DNA of 64,000 nucleotides, taken from the NCBI GenBank assembly GCA_963818785.1, contig CAWFTT010000009.1:104469-168468 (forward strand), in the 5' to 3' direction. A model generated the notes under the pieces. It searched no databases, was not told the DNA's origin, and was given only the letters and a program-made list of their open reading frames with translations. Position 1 is the stretch's first letter; each line of letters begins with the position of its first letter. The DNA is from an uncultured Actinomycetota bacterium. GTDB taxonomy: Bacteria > Actinomycetota > Actinomycetes > Mycobacteriales > Mycobacteriaceae. Shown here piece after piece: positions 30,157 to 40,003 of the stretch. The position numbers were made by a program, and so were the translations under genes.

Positions 30157-31452
30157 TCAGAATTCGGCGACCGCATGTTCGAGGCGCTCAGCCAGCCGGG
30201 CCTGCGCCTCGGCGCGCCGGGTCGGCAGGTGCTGAGACGGGAAAAGTGTCGATACCGGCTCATACTCGCGCAGCGTTCGACGCGCCACCGTCATCTTGTG
30301 CAATTCGGTCGCGCCGTCGGCGATGCCCAGCGACTCCGCGGCGACCATCATCTTGACGAACGGCATTTCGTTGGAGACCCCAAGTGCGCCATGTAAGTGC
30401 ATGGCCCGTTGCACGACGTCATGCAGAACCGTGGGCATCGCCACCTTGACTGCGGCGATGTCGCGGCGCACCTTCTGATAGTCGTGATGCTTGTCGATCA
30501 ACCAGGCGGTGCGCAGCACCAGCAATCGGAACTGCTCGATCTGCAGCCAGCTGTCGGCGATCTTCTCCTGCGTCATCTGCAGGTCGCCCAGCCGCCCGAA
30601 GCGAGTCTGGCGTGACACCGCACGCTCACACATCATGTCGAACGCGCGCTTGGCCAGCGCGATCGTGCGCATGGCGTGGTGCACCCGGCCACCGCCCAGC
30701 CGGGTCTGCGCGATCGCGAACGCCTGGCCCACACCACCGAGCACGTGGTCGTCGGGCACCCGCACGTCGGTGTACCGAACGTAGCCGTGGGTGCCATGAT
30801 TCGACGACTCGCCACCCACCCCTATATGGCGCACGATCTCGATTCCCGGCGTCTCAGCAGGCACGATGAACAGCGACATCTTCTCCCGGGTGCGAGCATC
30901 GGGGTTCGTGACGGCCATGACGATGAAAAACGTTGCGTGCCTGGCGTTGGTGGAAAACCACTTCTCGCCGTTGATCACCCACGAGTCGCCGTCGCGCTGC
31001 GCGCTGGTGACGAACAGACCTGGGTCAGAACCGCCCTGCGGTTCGGTCATCGAGTAACAGGAGGAGATATCGCCGTCGAGCAGTGGCTGCAGATAGCGCT
31101 TCTTCTGTGCGTCGGTACCGAACAACGCGAGGATTTCGGCGTTACCCGAGTCCGGCGCCTGGGAGCCGAACACCGACGGCGCCCAGCGCGACCGGCCGAT
31201 GATCTCGTTGAGCAGCGCCAACTTGACCTGGCCGTAGCCTTGGCCGCCGAGTTCGGGGCGTAGGTGAGCGGCCCACAGACCCTCGTCTTTCACCTTCTGC
31301 TGCAGCGGCCGCAGCACCGCCATGGTCTCAGGATTGTTCTTGTCGTACGGATCGAGTTCCACCAGGTCCAGCGGCTCGACCTCGTCGACCATAAATCGTT
31401 CAACCCAGTCCAGTTTCTGCTGATATTCCGGGTCGGTCTCGAAATCCCACAC
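30157..31452 (-). CDS. fadE1: Acyl-CoA dehydrogenase FadE1
   Basis: SMTEP.GGSD, NGEKWFSTN, AQTRLGGGR.HH, ADGATE. Confidence 0.9.
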   Translation of the reverse strand: MWDFETDPEYQQKLDWVERFMVDEVEPLDLVELDPYDKNNPETMAVLRPLQQKVKDEGLWAAHLRPELGGQGYGQVKLALLNEIIGRSRWAPSVFGSQAPDSGNAEILALFGTDAQKKRYLQPLLDGDISSCYSMTEPQGGSDPGLFVTSAQRDGDSWVINGEKWFSTNARHATFFIVMAVTNPDARTREKMSLFIVPAETPGIEIVRHIGVGGESSNHGTHGYVRYTDVRVPDDHVLGGVGQAFAIAQTRLGGGRVHHAMRTIALAKRAFDMMCERAVSRQTRFGRLGDLQMTQEKIADSWLQIEQFRLLVLRTAWLIDKHHDYQKVRRDIAAVKVAMPTVLHDVVQRAMHLHGALGVSNEMPFVKMMVAAESLGIADGATELHKMTVARRTLREYEPVSTLFPSQHLPTRRAEAQARLAERLEHAVAEF

Positions 31453-31535
31453 GGTGCGTCCTTTGCCTCAGTGACGGACAAGTTGAGCTTAAGTCTTGGC
31501 AGTCGTGCGGTCGGCGGCTTATTAGCCTGATCCGT

Positions 31536-32159
31536 GTGACTATCGAGGTTCGTCCGGCGGCGTCCGCCGATGTCCGTGCGTTGTCGGTGACGCTGGGGCG
31601 CGCCTTTTACGACGATCCGGTCGCGATGTGGATGCTGCCCGGCGAAAAGGCCCGAACCGCCCGGTTGAGCAGATTCTTCGCGGCCATGACCAGACATCAT
31701 CATTTGGCCGGCGGCGGCGTCGAGCTAGCTGCTGAGGGGCCGCGCATCGGCGCGGCGGCGCTGTGGGATCCGCCGAACCGCTGGCAGCACTCGGTCGCTG
31801 AGCAACTCCGGATGCTGCCGTCGTTCATCGCCGGGTTCGGTTTCCGGCTGGCGCTCGGGCACAAGTTGACTGAACTGCTGGATTTGATGAAGCGTGCGCA
31901 TCCTGAGGAGCCGCACTGGTATCTCGCCACGATCGGAAGCGACACCGGCGTGCGCGGCCGGGGTTTCGGCCAGGCCTTGATGCGGTCGCGTCTGAGACGG
32001 TGCGACGCTGAATACGCGCCGGCTTACCTGGAGTCGAGCAAGCCGGAGAACATCCCGTATTACCAGCGCTTCGGCTTCACCGTGACCGGTGAGATCGTTC
32101 TTCCCGACGGCCCAACCCTGTGGCCGATGTGGCGTGCCCCGCGCCCAGGGTCCGTTTAG
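31536..32159 (+). CDS. GNAT acetyltransferase (Rv0133-like)
   Basis: HWYLATIG, RGRGFG, YLESS, YQRFGF. Confidence 0.9.
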   Translation: MTIEVRPAASADVRALSVTLGRAFYDDPVAMWMLPGEKARTARLSRFFAAMTRHHHLAGGGVELAAEGPRIGAAALWDPPNRWQHSVAEQLRMLPSFIAGFGFRLALGHKLTELLDLMKRAHPEEPHWYLATIGSDTGVRGRGFGQALMRSRLRRCDAEYAPAYLESSKPENIPYYQRFGFTVTGEIVLPDGPTLWPMWRAPRPGSV

Positions 32160-32179
32160 TCACCGGGAGCGACGGGCAA
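32154..32179 (+). promoter_or_regulatory. SigF-like promoter GTTT-N16-GGGCAA
   Basis: Read directly; 10 nt before ATG 32190. Confidence 0.5.
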
Positions 32180-32189
32180 CCGGTGCCTC

Positions 32190-32558
32190 ATGGCGAGAGA
32201 AACTTCAGGTGACGTGTTCGACGCCTCGAACCTGCCCGAGGAGGGCGGCGCCGGCTACACGTTGAACCGGAGCGAGTCGACGGATTCCGACGAGATCCAC
32301 AACGACGACGGTGACATCGTCGTCGACCCGCCGGAGGGGTGGAGCGGCGTCGACAAGTTCGGTGTCACCGAGCGGGAAGAACGCGAGGGCGAACCGCTCG
32401 ACGCCCGCCTGGCCGCAGAAGAACCCGACGTCACCGAGGTCAACGAGGACTTTCTGGAGGAGGGGCCGCCGGGCCGGGCGCACTACGGGCAGATCGACGG
32501 CGCCCCCGAGGACGGCGATTCCTTGTTCGAGGTTGTCGACGAGAGCGGGGACCTCTAA
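32190..32558 (+). CDS. Highly acidic hypothetical protein (DUF5709-like)
   Basis: D/E-rich; GVTEREEREGEPLDARLAAEEPD segment. Confidence 0.65.
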   Translation: MARETSGDVFDASNLPEEGGAGYTLNRSESTDSDEIHNDDGDIVVDPPEGWSGVDKFGVTEREEREGEPLDARLAAEEPDVTEVNEDFLEEGPPGRAHYGQIDGAPEDGDSLFEVVDESGDL

Positions 32559-32574
32559 AGCGGCCGTGCGATCG

Positions 32575-33249
32575 TCAGGGTTTGCTGCGCCATGCGGTGA
32601 CTCCGACGACGATCATCCGCAGCTGTTTCACCGCGATGCGCCGGATGTCTTCGAGCGCCTCGGCGCTTTGCGCATCTTCAATGGCCTCCGCGATGACGAT
32701 CATCGAATTGACGAACAAGGTCGCCAGGATGTTCAGGTCCTCGGTGGTCCAGTCGTGCAGATCGGGAAATCGCGCCAGGTCGGTTGCCAGCTCCGAGGTG
32801 ATCAATCGAATCTCGGTGCGAATCGCGTAGCGCAACACGGTGACACCGCTGGAGCGCTCGCGGCCGATGAAGCGCCAATGCTCCCGCCGCTCGGCCACAC
32901 TGGCGACCAGGATGTCGACGGACGACTCGATCACCCGGTTCGGGTCGAGCTTGCCGGCGCGCGCGCCGCGCAGCATGTCCCGCAAAGTCCGAAACGACTC
33001 GTCGATCAGGACCAGGCCCAAGGCCTCCATCGACTCGAAATGCCGATAGAACGCCGCGGGAACAATGCCGGCCTCGCGGGTCACCTCACGCAAACTGAGG
33101 CCGCTGAAGCTGCGGTCGCCGAGAAGCTTCAACGCCGCCGCGACGATAGCCCGCCGGGTCGCCTCTTTGCGTTCCACCCGAGACGGAATCTCTCGGGTGC
33201 GCTCGCGGGCTACCCGGTGTGAACGTGAGCTGGGCGTACGGCTGTTCAC
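32575..33249 (-). CDS. TetR regulator, DesT/FabR-like
   Basis: LSLREVTREAGIVPAAFYRHF HTH; divergent from a reductase-desaturase pair. Confidence 0.88.
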   Translation of the reverse strand: MNSRTPSSRSHRVARERTREIPSRVERKEATRRAIVAAALKLLGDRSFSGLSLREVTREAGIVPAAFYRHFESMEALGLVLIDESFRTLRDMLRGARAGKLDPNRVIESSVDILVASVAERREHWRFIGRERSSGVTVLRYAIRTEIRLITSELATDLARFPDLHDWTTEDLNILATLFVNSMIVIAEAIEDAQSAEALEDIRRIAVKQLRMIVVGVTAWRSKP

Positions 33250-33309
33250 TATGTGAACCCTAACACAGACCTGCGGAAATGCTTGACGATTAGCCTCCAC
33301 TGATTACAT

Positions 33310-33327
33310 GGTGTACACATGTTCACT
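33310..33327. promoter_or_regulatory. FabR/DesT-type operator GGTGTACACATGTTCACT over the reductase start
   Basis: 18-bp near-palindrome resembling the recalled FabR/DesT boxes; a second element GTTCAC-TAT-GTGAAC lies at 33244-33258. Confidence 0.6.
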
Positions 33328-34410
33328 CAGACTCTTGCTCGAAGCGTCAGCCGGCGGGTCCTGGGTTCGCAACTGGTCGACCTACTCACCGGACCACACG
33401 GCGTCGACCGGTACACCGAGCTGGTGGCCCCGACCTGGACGGTCAATGAAGCCCGCGCCAAGGTTGTCGAGGTCCGCCGAACCACCCCCCGCAGCGTCAC
33501 GCTCATCCTTGCTCCTAATGCAGCTTTCCCTGGATCCACTCTAAGCGCGGGTCAATACGTCAGCGTCGCCGTCGAGATCGACGGTCGCCGGCATGTCCGC
33601 TGCTATTCGCCGGCCAACGCCGAAGGCGCGCCGACCCTGGAACTGACGATCGGCCGGCACGACGGGGCCGTTCAAGGCCTGGTGTCGTCCCACCTCTACG
33701 AGCAGGCCAGTCCCGGCATGGTGCTCGGGTTGAGCGGCGTCGGCGGCGACTTCACGCTGCCACGTCGCCGTCCGCGCCGCATCCTGTTCGTCTCCGGCGG
33801 CAGCGGCATCACCCCGGTGATGGCGATGCTCCGGACGCTGATCGCCGAGCGTGCCGAGGGCGCCTACGAAGGCGAGATCGCCTTCATTCACTACGCGCGG
33901 ACGCCAGCCGAGGCGTGCTACAGCGCCGAGTTGGCCGCACTGCGGGGGGTTCGCGTGCTGCACGGATACACCCGTTCGGGTGCGGGTGATCTGAGCGGCC
34001 GATTCGGGCCGGACCACCTGGCCGCCGCTATGCCCTCGCCGGACGCGGTGTTTGTCTGCGGCCCGCAGGCTCTGGTGGACGCGGTACGCGAACACTGCCC
34101 GTCCGCGCGTTCCGAAAGCTTCGTCGGGCCGGCCACCGCGTCGCCCGCACAGCCGTCCGGCGGCCGGGTGACATTCACCGGCAGCAAAGTAGCGGTGACC
34201 GATGACGGCCGTTCGCTGCTCGAGCAGGCCGAAGCGGCCGGCTTGACACCGAAGAGCGGATGCCGGATGGGCATCTGCCACACCTGCACCCGGCGCAAGA
34301 CCGCCGGGGTGGTGCGCAACCTGACCACCGGCGGTGTGTCGACGAAACCCGACGAAGACGTGCAGATCTGCGTATCCGTACCCGTCGGCGACGTCGAACT
34401 CGCCCTGTGA
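33319..34410 (+). CDS. Ferredoxin reductase of a fatty acid desaturase system (Rv3230c-like)
   Basis: RCYS, GGSGITP, CGP, and 2Fe-2S motif CRMGICHTC...C. Confidence 0.92.
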   Translation: MFTQTLARSVSRRVLGSQLVDLLTGPHGVDRYTELVAPTWTVNEARAKVVEVRRTTPRSVTLILAPNAAFPGSTLSAGQYVSVAVEIDGRRHVRCYSPANAEGAPTLELTIGRHDGAVQGLVSSHLYEQASPGMVLGLSGVGGDFTLPRRRPRRILFVSGGSGITPVMAMLRTLIAERAEGAYEGEIAFIHYARTPAEACYSAELAALRGVRVLHGYTRSGAGDLSGRFGPDHLAAAMPSPDAVFVCGPQALVDAVREHCPSARSESFVGPATASPAQPSGGRVTFTGSKVAVTDDGRSLLEQAEAAGLTPKSGCRMGICHTCTRRKTAGVVRNLTTGGVSTKPDEDVQICVSVPVGDVELAL

Positions 34411-34442
34411 CAGCGACTTGTCGAAGACTTGGAGGACTGACC

Positions 34443-35555
34443 ATGGCACAGCCGAAGATCACCCTGACCCGCGAGGAGGCCGACGCTTTCGGCCGTGAAC
34501 TCGACGCCATCAAACAGCGCGTGATGGCCGAGCTCGGTGAACGCGACGCCGACTACATCCGGCGCGTCATCAAGACGCAGCGGACCCTCGAAGTAGGCGG
34601 ACGCGCGCTGCTGTTCGCCGGCATCCTGCCGCCCGCCTGGCTGGCGGGCACCGCGATGCTGGGAGTGTCGAAGATTCTGGACAACATGGAGATCGGGCAC
34701 AACGTGATGCACGGCCAATACGACTGGATGCGTGACCCGGCGATCAGCGGTCCTGCATTCGAGTGGGACACCGCCTGCCCGGCCGACCAGTGGCGGCACT
34801 CGCACAACTACATGCACCACACCCACACCAACATCGTGGGAATGGACCGCGACATCGGCTACGGCATCCTGCGGATGAGCGAGGACCAGCCCTGGGAGCC
34901 CTATTTCTGGGGCAATCCCGTTTACGCCTTTCTGCTGATGGTGCTGTTCCAGTACGGTGTTGCGCTGCACGAACTGGAAACCGAACGCATCCGTGCCGGT
35001 GAAATCACCGTCGCCGACAAACGCGAAGTGCTGCAAGCTATCTGGCACAAGACTCGTCGCCAGGTGCTCAAGGACTATGTGGCGTTCCCGTTGTTGGCGG
35101 GGCCGTTCGCGCCGTTCGTCTTCGCCGGCAACCTGTCGGCCAATCTGATCCGCAACGTCTGGTCGTACATGATCATCTTCTGCGGTCACTTCCCGGACGG
35201 CACCCAGGAATTCTCCGTCGAGGAAACCCGCAACGAGTCCCGCGGCATGTGGTACTTCCGGCAGGTCCTCGGCTCGGCGAATCTCACCGGCGGCCGACTC
35301 TTCCACCTGCTGTCCGGCAACCTGTCGCACCAGATCGAACACCACCTTTTCCCGGACATCCCCGCCCATCGCTACGCCGAGATCGCGCCGGCGGTCCGCG
35401 AAATCTGCCAGCGCTACGGCGTCCCCTACCACGCCGGACCGCTGCCCAGGCAGTTCGCCACCGTCGTGCGCAAGATCGTCCGGCTGGCCTTGCCGCCGAA
35501 GAAGCGGGCCGCCGATTTCGAGCCGATCACCGACGAACAGCCGATTGCCGCGTAG
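34443..35555 (+). CDS. Membrane acyl-CoA desaturase, DesA3-like
   Basis: His boxes HNVMH, HNYMHH, QIEHH. Confidence 0.92.
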   Translation: MAQPKITLTREEADAFGRELDAIKQRVMAELGERDADYIRRVIKTQRTLEVGGRALLFAGILPPAWLAGTAMLGVSKILDNMEIGHNVMHGQYDWMRDPAISGPAFEWDTACPADQWRHSHNYMHHTHTNIVGMDRDIGYGILRMSEDQPWEPYFWGNPVYAFLLMVLFQYGVALHELETERIRAGEITVADKREVLQAIWHKTRRQVLKDYVAFPLLAGPFAPFVFAGNLSANLIRNVWSYMIIFCGHFPDGTQEFSVEETRNESRGMWYFRQVLGSANLTGGRLFHLLSGNLSHQIEHHLFPDIPAHRYAEIAPAVREICQRYGVPYHAGPLPRQFATVVRKIVRLALPPKKRAADFEPITDEQPIAA

Positions 35556-35840
35556 CTCTGGCGCGGTGCTGCACGGTACGTCGAAATTGCGTCCGCGTCG
35601 TCATCCCCGAGAGTTATTGAACCGACGCGCAGTTTCGGCGTCCTGGGTGCAGTTTGGGTGCTTATGAGGCTAAGGAACTGGTCGACGGCGTCGCCCACTG
35701 AATGGTCGAGCAGCGCCCTGAATTGGTGCTGGACCTGCTCCGACCGTTCCTCCGGGCATGACGGCGCATGCCGCGGGGTACCGTACCGCAATAGACCCGT
35801 GGTACATCCCGTACCAGGCTGACATTGGGGGTGCACCGCT

Positions 35841-37187
35841 ATAAGCGAAGCAGCCACATCCGACACCCCATCAGCGACGACGTCGCCGCCTGCGATCAAG
35901 CTGCCGCCAGGACCGCGGATCCCCAAGATGCTGCAAGGCGTTGCGTTCTCCACCGCGCGTCGATGGATCGTGCCGCGGTTGGCACGCCGCTACGGTGACA
36001 TCTTTACCCTTAACATCCCGGTGTACGGCCGTAGCGTGGTGGTCGCCAACCCTTTGCTGGCCAAACAGATCTTCACTACCAGCCCGGAGGATCTTGGCAA
36101 CGTCCAACCCAATCTGGGCCGGCTGCTTGGCTCAGGGTCGGTGTTCGCGCTCGACGGCGAGGATCACCGGCGGCGCCGACGACTGCTGGCGCCGGCGCTG
36201 CACGGGAGAAGCATCAAGAACTACGAGCGCATCATCGAAGAAGAGACGCTGCGCGAAACGGCCGGATGGCCGGAAGGTCAGCCGTTCGCGACCTTGCCGT
36301 CGACGAACCGGATCACGCTCAACGCGATACTGCGCGCGGGCTTCGGGGCCGACGGTGCCGAACTTGACGAGTTACGGCGGATCATCCCGCCATGGGTGAC
36401 GCTGGGGTCGCGCCTGGAGACACTGCCGACACCGTCCCGGACCTACGGCCGCTACAGCCCTTGGGGGCGGCTGGCCGAATGGCGGCGCAAATACGACATG
36501 GTCGTGGACAAGCTGATTGAAGACGAGCGAGCAGACCCACACTTCGAAAACCGCACCGACGTGCTGGCACTGCTGCTGCGCAGCACGTACGAGGACGGTT
36601 CTGTCATGTCGCGCAAGGATATCGGTGACGAGCTGCTGGCCCTGCTGACCGCCGGACATGAGACCACCGCGGGAACATTGGCCTGGGCGTTCGAACGTTT
36701 GAGCCGGCATCCTGATGTGTTGGCGGCGCTGGTCGCCGAGGCTGACACCGACGAAGTCGAGCTACGTCAAGCGGCGATCCTGGAAGTGCAGCGCAATAGG
36801 ACGGTTATCGATTTCGCCGGCCGCCACGTCTGTGCGCCGGTGTACCAGCTTGGCGAGTGGGCAATTCCTCGCGGGTACACAATCATGGTCAGCATTTCCC
36901 AGATGCACACCAACGCTGAAGCTTTTCTCGATCCTGACCGTTTCGATCCGCAGCGCTACATCGGCGCCAAACCGTCCACCTTCGCGTGGATCCCGTTCGG
37001 CGGCGGCACTCGACGTTGCGTGGGTGCCGCGTTCGCCAATATGGAGATGGATGTGGTGCTGCGAACGGTATTGCGCCACTTCACGATCGAGACCACCGCC
37101 GCGCCCGGGGAGAAGTCCCACTTCCGCGGGGTAGCTTTTCAACCCAAGGAGGGCGGTCGGATCGTGGTGCGTCGTCGGACGGCGTGA
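35841..37187 (+). CDS. cyp138: Cytochrome P450 CYP138-like; homologous start is ATA 35841, first ATG 35928
   Basis: AGHETT, EVQR, FGGGTRRCVG; recalled synteny with Rv0136 next to msrA. Confidence 0.9.
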   Translation: MSEAATSDTPSATTSPPAIKLPPGPRIPKMLQGVAFSTARRWIVPRLARRYGDIFTLNIPVYGRSVVVANPLLAKQIFTTSPEDLGNVQPNLGRLLGSGSVFALDGEDHRRRRRLLAPALHGRSIKNYERIIEEETLRETAGWPEGQPFATLPSTNRITLNAILRAGFGADGAELDELRRIIPPWVTLGSRLETLPTPSRTYGRYSPWGRLAEWRRKYDMVVDKLIEDERADPHFENRTDVLALLLRSTYEDGSVMSRKDIGDELLALLTAGHETTAGTLAWAFERLSRHPDVLAALVAEADTDEVELRQAAILEVQRNRTVIDFAGRHVCAPVYQLGEWAIPRGYTIMVSISQMHTNAEAFLDPDRFDPQRYIGAKPSTFAWIPFGGGTRRCVGAAFANMEMDVVLRTVLRHFTIETTAAPGEKSHFRGVAFQPKEGGRIVVRRRTA

Positions 37188-37292
37188 GCGATACGCTGAC
37201 CCGCTTCCAACAGCGAGCGGTGACGCCGCTTGAACTCGAGATGACCACGGCGCTATGGCACACGCGCGCATAGGCTGTACGGCTTATTGCCC

Positions 37293-37808
37293 TCAGCTGT
37301 CGACTGCGGCGCGCCGCGGCAACTTCCAGCCCGGCCGGATGAAGTGGCAGGTATATCCGCTCGGGAAGCGCTCCAGGTAATCCTGATGTTCCGGCTCGGC
37401 CTCCCAGAAGTCGCCGGCGGGGCTGACCTCAGTTACCACCTTGCCGGGCCACAGGCCCGATGCCTCGACATCGGCTATGGTGTCCAACGCGATCTGCTTC
37501 TGGTCGTCTTCGACATAGAAGATCGCCGAGCGGTAACTGGTGCCGAGGTCGTTGCCCTGCCGGTTCTTCGTTGTCGGGTCATGAATCTGAAAGAAGAATT
37601 CAAGCAGCGTGCGGTAATCGGTGCGTTGGGGGTCGTAGACGATCTCAATGGCCTCAGCGTGTGTGCCGTGATTGCGGTATGTCGCGTGCGGCACGTTGCC
37701 GCCGGTGTAGCCCACCCGGGTCGACACCACACCCGGCTGTTTGCGGATAAGGTCCTGCATTCCCCAGAAGCAGCCGCCGGCCAGGATGGCCTTGCTGTAG
37801 GTGGTCAT
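37293..37808 (-). CDS. msrA: Peptide methionine sulfoxide reductase A
   Basis: [29 protein letters not shown]. Confidence 0.96.
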   Translation of the reverse strand: MTTYSKAILAGGCFWGMQDLIRKQPGVVSTRVGYTGGNVPHATYRNHGTHAEAIEIVYDPQRTDYRTLLEFFFQIHDPTTKNRQGNDLGTSYRSAIFYVEDDQKQIALDTIADVEASGLWPGKVVTEVSPAGDFWEAEPEHQDYLERFPSGYTCHFIRPGWKLPRRAAVDS

Positions 37809-37926
37809 TCGTATCGCTCCTTGATCCCCGATCGTGGAGGTGCGGGCTTGTTGTTAGGCTACACACGATTTCCCGCTGCCGACGTCGGCAAAATAAGCCG
37901 CCGACCCACACGCGCGAGGTGCTCGG

Positions 37927-38433
37927 GTGACGACTCCGTTGTTCAGCCGCGAGGAGTTATCGGCGGCTTTCGGCAGATTCGAGCAGACCGTTGCGCAGGC
38001 GGCCAGCAGCCGCGACTGGGACACCTGGGTCGAGCAATACACGCCGGATGTGAAGTACGTCGAACACGCGGCGGGCACGATGAACGGCCGCGACGAAGTA
38101 CGCGCCTGGATCCACAGCACCATGACGACGTTTCCCGGCAGTCACATGGTTGCGTTCCCGTCACTGTGGTCGGTCATCGACGAGGCAGGCGGGCGAATCA
38201 TCTGCGAATTGGACAACCCCATGGTGGATCCCGGTGATGGCACCACCATCAGCGCGACGAACATCTCGATCATCACCTACGCCGGCGACCACCAATGGTC
38301 TAGGCAGGAAGACATCTACAACCCGCTGCGCTTCGTGCAGGCTGCACTGAAGTGGTGCAAGAAGGCGCAGGCCCTGGGCACACTCGACGACGAAGCCGCC
38401 GAGTGGATGCGGCGCTACGGAGGTAGACCTTGA
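37927..38433 (+). CDS. SnoaL-like protein (Rv0138-like)
   Basis: YTPDV.YVEH..G...GR.EV...QEDIYNP. Confidence 0.8.
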   Translation: MTTPLFSREELSAAFGRFEQTVAQAASSRDWDTWVEQYTPDVKYVEHAAGTMNGRDEVRAWIHSTMTTFPGSHMVAFPSLWSVIDEAGGRIICELDNPMVDPGDGTTISATNISIITYAGDHQWSRQEDIYNPLRFVQAALKWCKKAQALGTLDDEAAEWMRRYGGRP

Positions 38434-39455
38434 CCGCTGGGCCCAAGTTGGTCATCGGCGCCAACGGTTTCCTCGGTTCGCACGTCACCCGCCAACTCGT
38501 TGGCGACGGGGCTGACGTGCGGGCGATGGTGCGACCCGACGCGGACACCCGCGGTATCGACGATTTGCCGGTCACCCGATTCCACGGTGACGTTTTCGAC
38601 TCCGACAGGTTGCGCGCTGCAATGGCTGGGGTCGACGATGTGTACTACTGCGTCGTCGACACCAGAGCGTGGCTGCGCGATCCGGCGCCGCTGTTTCGCA
38701 CCAATGTCGACGGCACCCGCAACGTGCTCGAAGTGGCTCTCGAGGTGGCAGGCGCCGGCCTGCGCCGGTTCGTTTTCACCAGCTCCTACGCGACGGTGGG
38801 TCGGCGGCACGGGCATGTGGCGTCGGAGGACGACCAGATCGAGCGACGCGGTCTGACGCCGTACGTACAGTCTCGGCTGCAGGCCGAAGACCTGGTGCTG
38901 CGCTACGCAAAAGAGCGCGGCCTGCCGGCCGTCGCGATGTGCGTCTCGACGACCTATGGCAACGGCGATTGGGGCCGCACCCCGCACGGCGCTTTCATCG
39001 CCGGGGCGGTGTTCGGCAAATTGCCCTTCCTGATGAACGGCATCCAATTGGAAGTGGTCGGCGTCGACGACGCCGCCAGGGCGCTGATCCTGGCCGCCGA
39101 GCGCGGCCGCAACGGCGAGCGATACCTGATCTCGGAGAAGCTGATTGCGTTGTCGGAGGTGGTGCGGATCGCCGCGGATGAGGCCGGCGTCGCGCCGCCG
39201 CGGCGGGCGATCTCGGTGCCGACGCTGTACGCCCTGGGCGCACTGGGCACGCTGCGCGCCCGTCTGACCGGCAAGGATGCCGAGCTGAGCTTGGCGTCGG
39301 TGCGGATGATGCGCGCGGAAGCTCCCGTCGACCACAGCAAGGCGGTGCGCGAATTGGGCTGGCAGCCTCGGCCGGTGGAGGAGTCGATTCGCGAGGCCGC
39401 GCGGTTCTGGGCGCAGCTGAAAAACGCACGGGGTGGAAGCGTAACGCCGAGCTGA
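38430..39455 (+). CDS. NAD-dependent epimerase/dehydratase (Rv0139-like)
   Basis: GANGFLG, FTSS, YVQSR, GRNGERY. Confidence 0.88.
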   Translation: MTAGPKLVIGANGFLGSHVTRQLVGDGADVRAMVRPDADTRGIDDLPVTRFHGDVFDSDRLRAAMAGVDDVYYCVVDTRAWLRDPAPLFRTNVDGTRNVLEVALEVAGAGLRRFVFTSSYATVGRRHGHVASEDDQIERRGLTPYVQSRLQAEDLVLRYAKERGLPAVAMCVSTTYGNGDWGRTPHGAFIAGAVFGKLPFLMNGIQLEVVGVDDAARALILAAERGRNGERYLISEKLIALSEVVRIAADEAGVAPPRRAISVPTLYALGALGTLRARLTGKDAELSLASVRMMRAEAPVDHSKAVRELGWQPRPVEESIREAARFWAQLKNARGGSVTPS

Positions 39456-39622
39456 CGTCCGTCCCGCCGGCGCCGCCGAGTGTCACGCCAGCGTCGCATA
39501 CGTCGCCGAACGTCACACTAGCGTGGCGCTCCAGGGGTGCTCGGAGGTCGCCGGCGCAACACCGGGAATCTTGGCCGCCGGTGGGCGTTGCAAACGCTAT
39601 CCGCAACCGAGGAGACCCGATC

Positions 39623-40003
39623 ATGACCAACCGGCCAGTCCTGGAGCCCAGCGCCAAGCACCCGATCACCATCGAACCGACCAAAGGACGCGTCCGGGTC
39701 CGCATCAACGGTCAACTCGTGGCCGACAGCGACGCCGCTCTACAGCTCAACGAAGCCAGTTACGCTGGCGTGCAATACATCCCGCTCAGCGACGTCGCGC
39801 AGAACTTGCTGACGCGCACGGACACCAGCACTTACTGTCCGTTCAAGGGCGACGCCAGCTACTACAGTGTGACCACCGCCGGCGGCGACACCGTCGACGA
39901 CGTCATCTGGACCTACGAACAGCCCTATCCCGCAGTCGCGGCCATCGCGGGTCACGTCGCCTTCTACCCGGACAAAGCCGAGATCAGCGTCGACGCCAAC
40001 TGA
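39623..40003 (+). CDS. DUF427 protein (Rv0140-like)
   Basis: TYCPFKG.ASYY, WTYEQP, VAFYP. Confidence 0.88.
   Translation: MTNRPVLEPSAKHPITIEPTKGRVRVRINGQLVADSDAALQLNEASYAGVQYIPLSDVAQNLLTRTDTSTYCPFKGDASYYSVTTAGGDTVDDVIWTYEQPYPAVAAIAGHVAFYPDKAEISVDAN

Noticed and set aside
33918-35432. 504-aa antisense ORF; similar long ORFs at 45672-46985, 47064-48044, 52835-54412 and 23219-24514
   Set aside because: Shadow frames of well-supported genes in high-GC DNA, with no recognisable motifs
35560-35770. Possible degraded Rv0135c TetR on the minus strand
   Set aside because: No HTH-like sequence in any frame; resemblance too weak to call a pseudogene
37840-37890. SigH promoter for msrA
   Set aside because: GGGAAA is present but there is no GTT at the expected spacing; only a 14-bp palindrome (TGCCGACGTCGGCA) of unclear role
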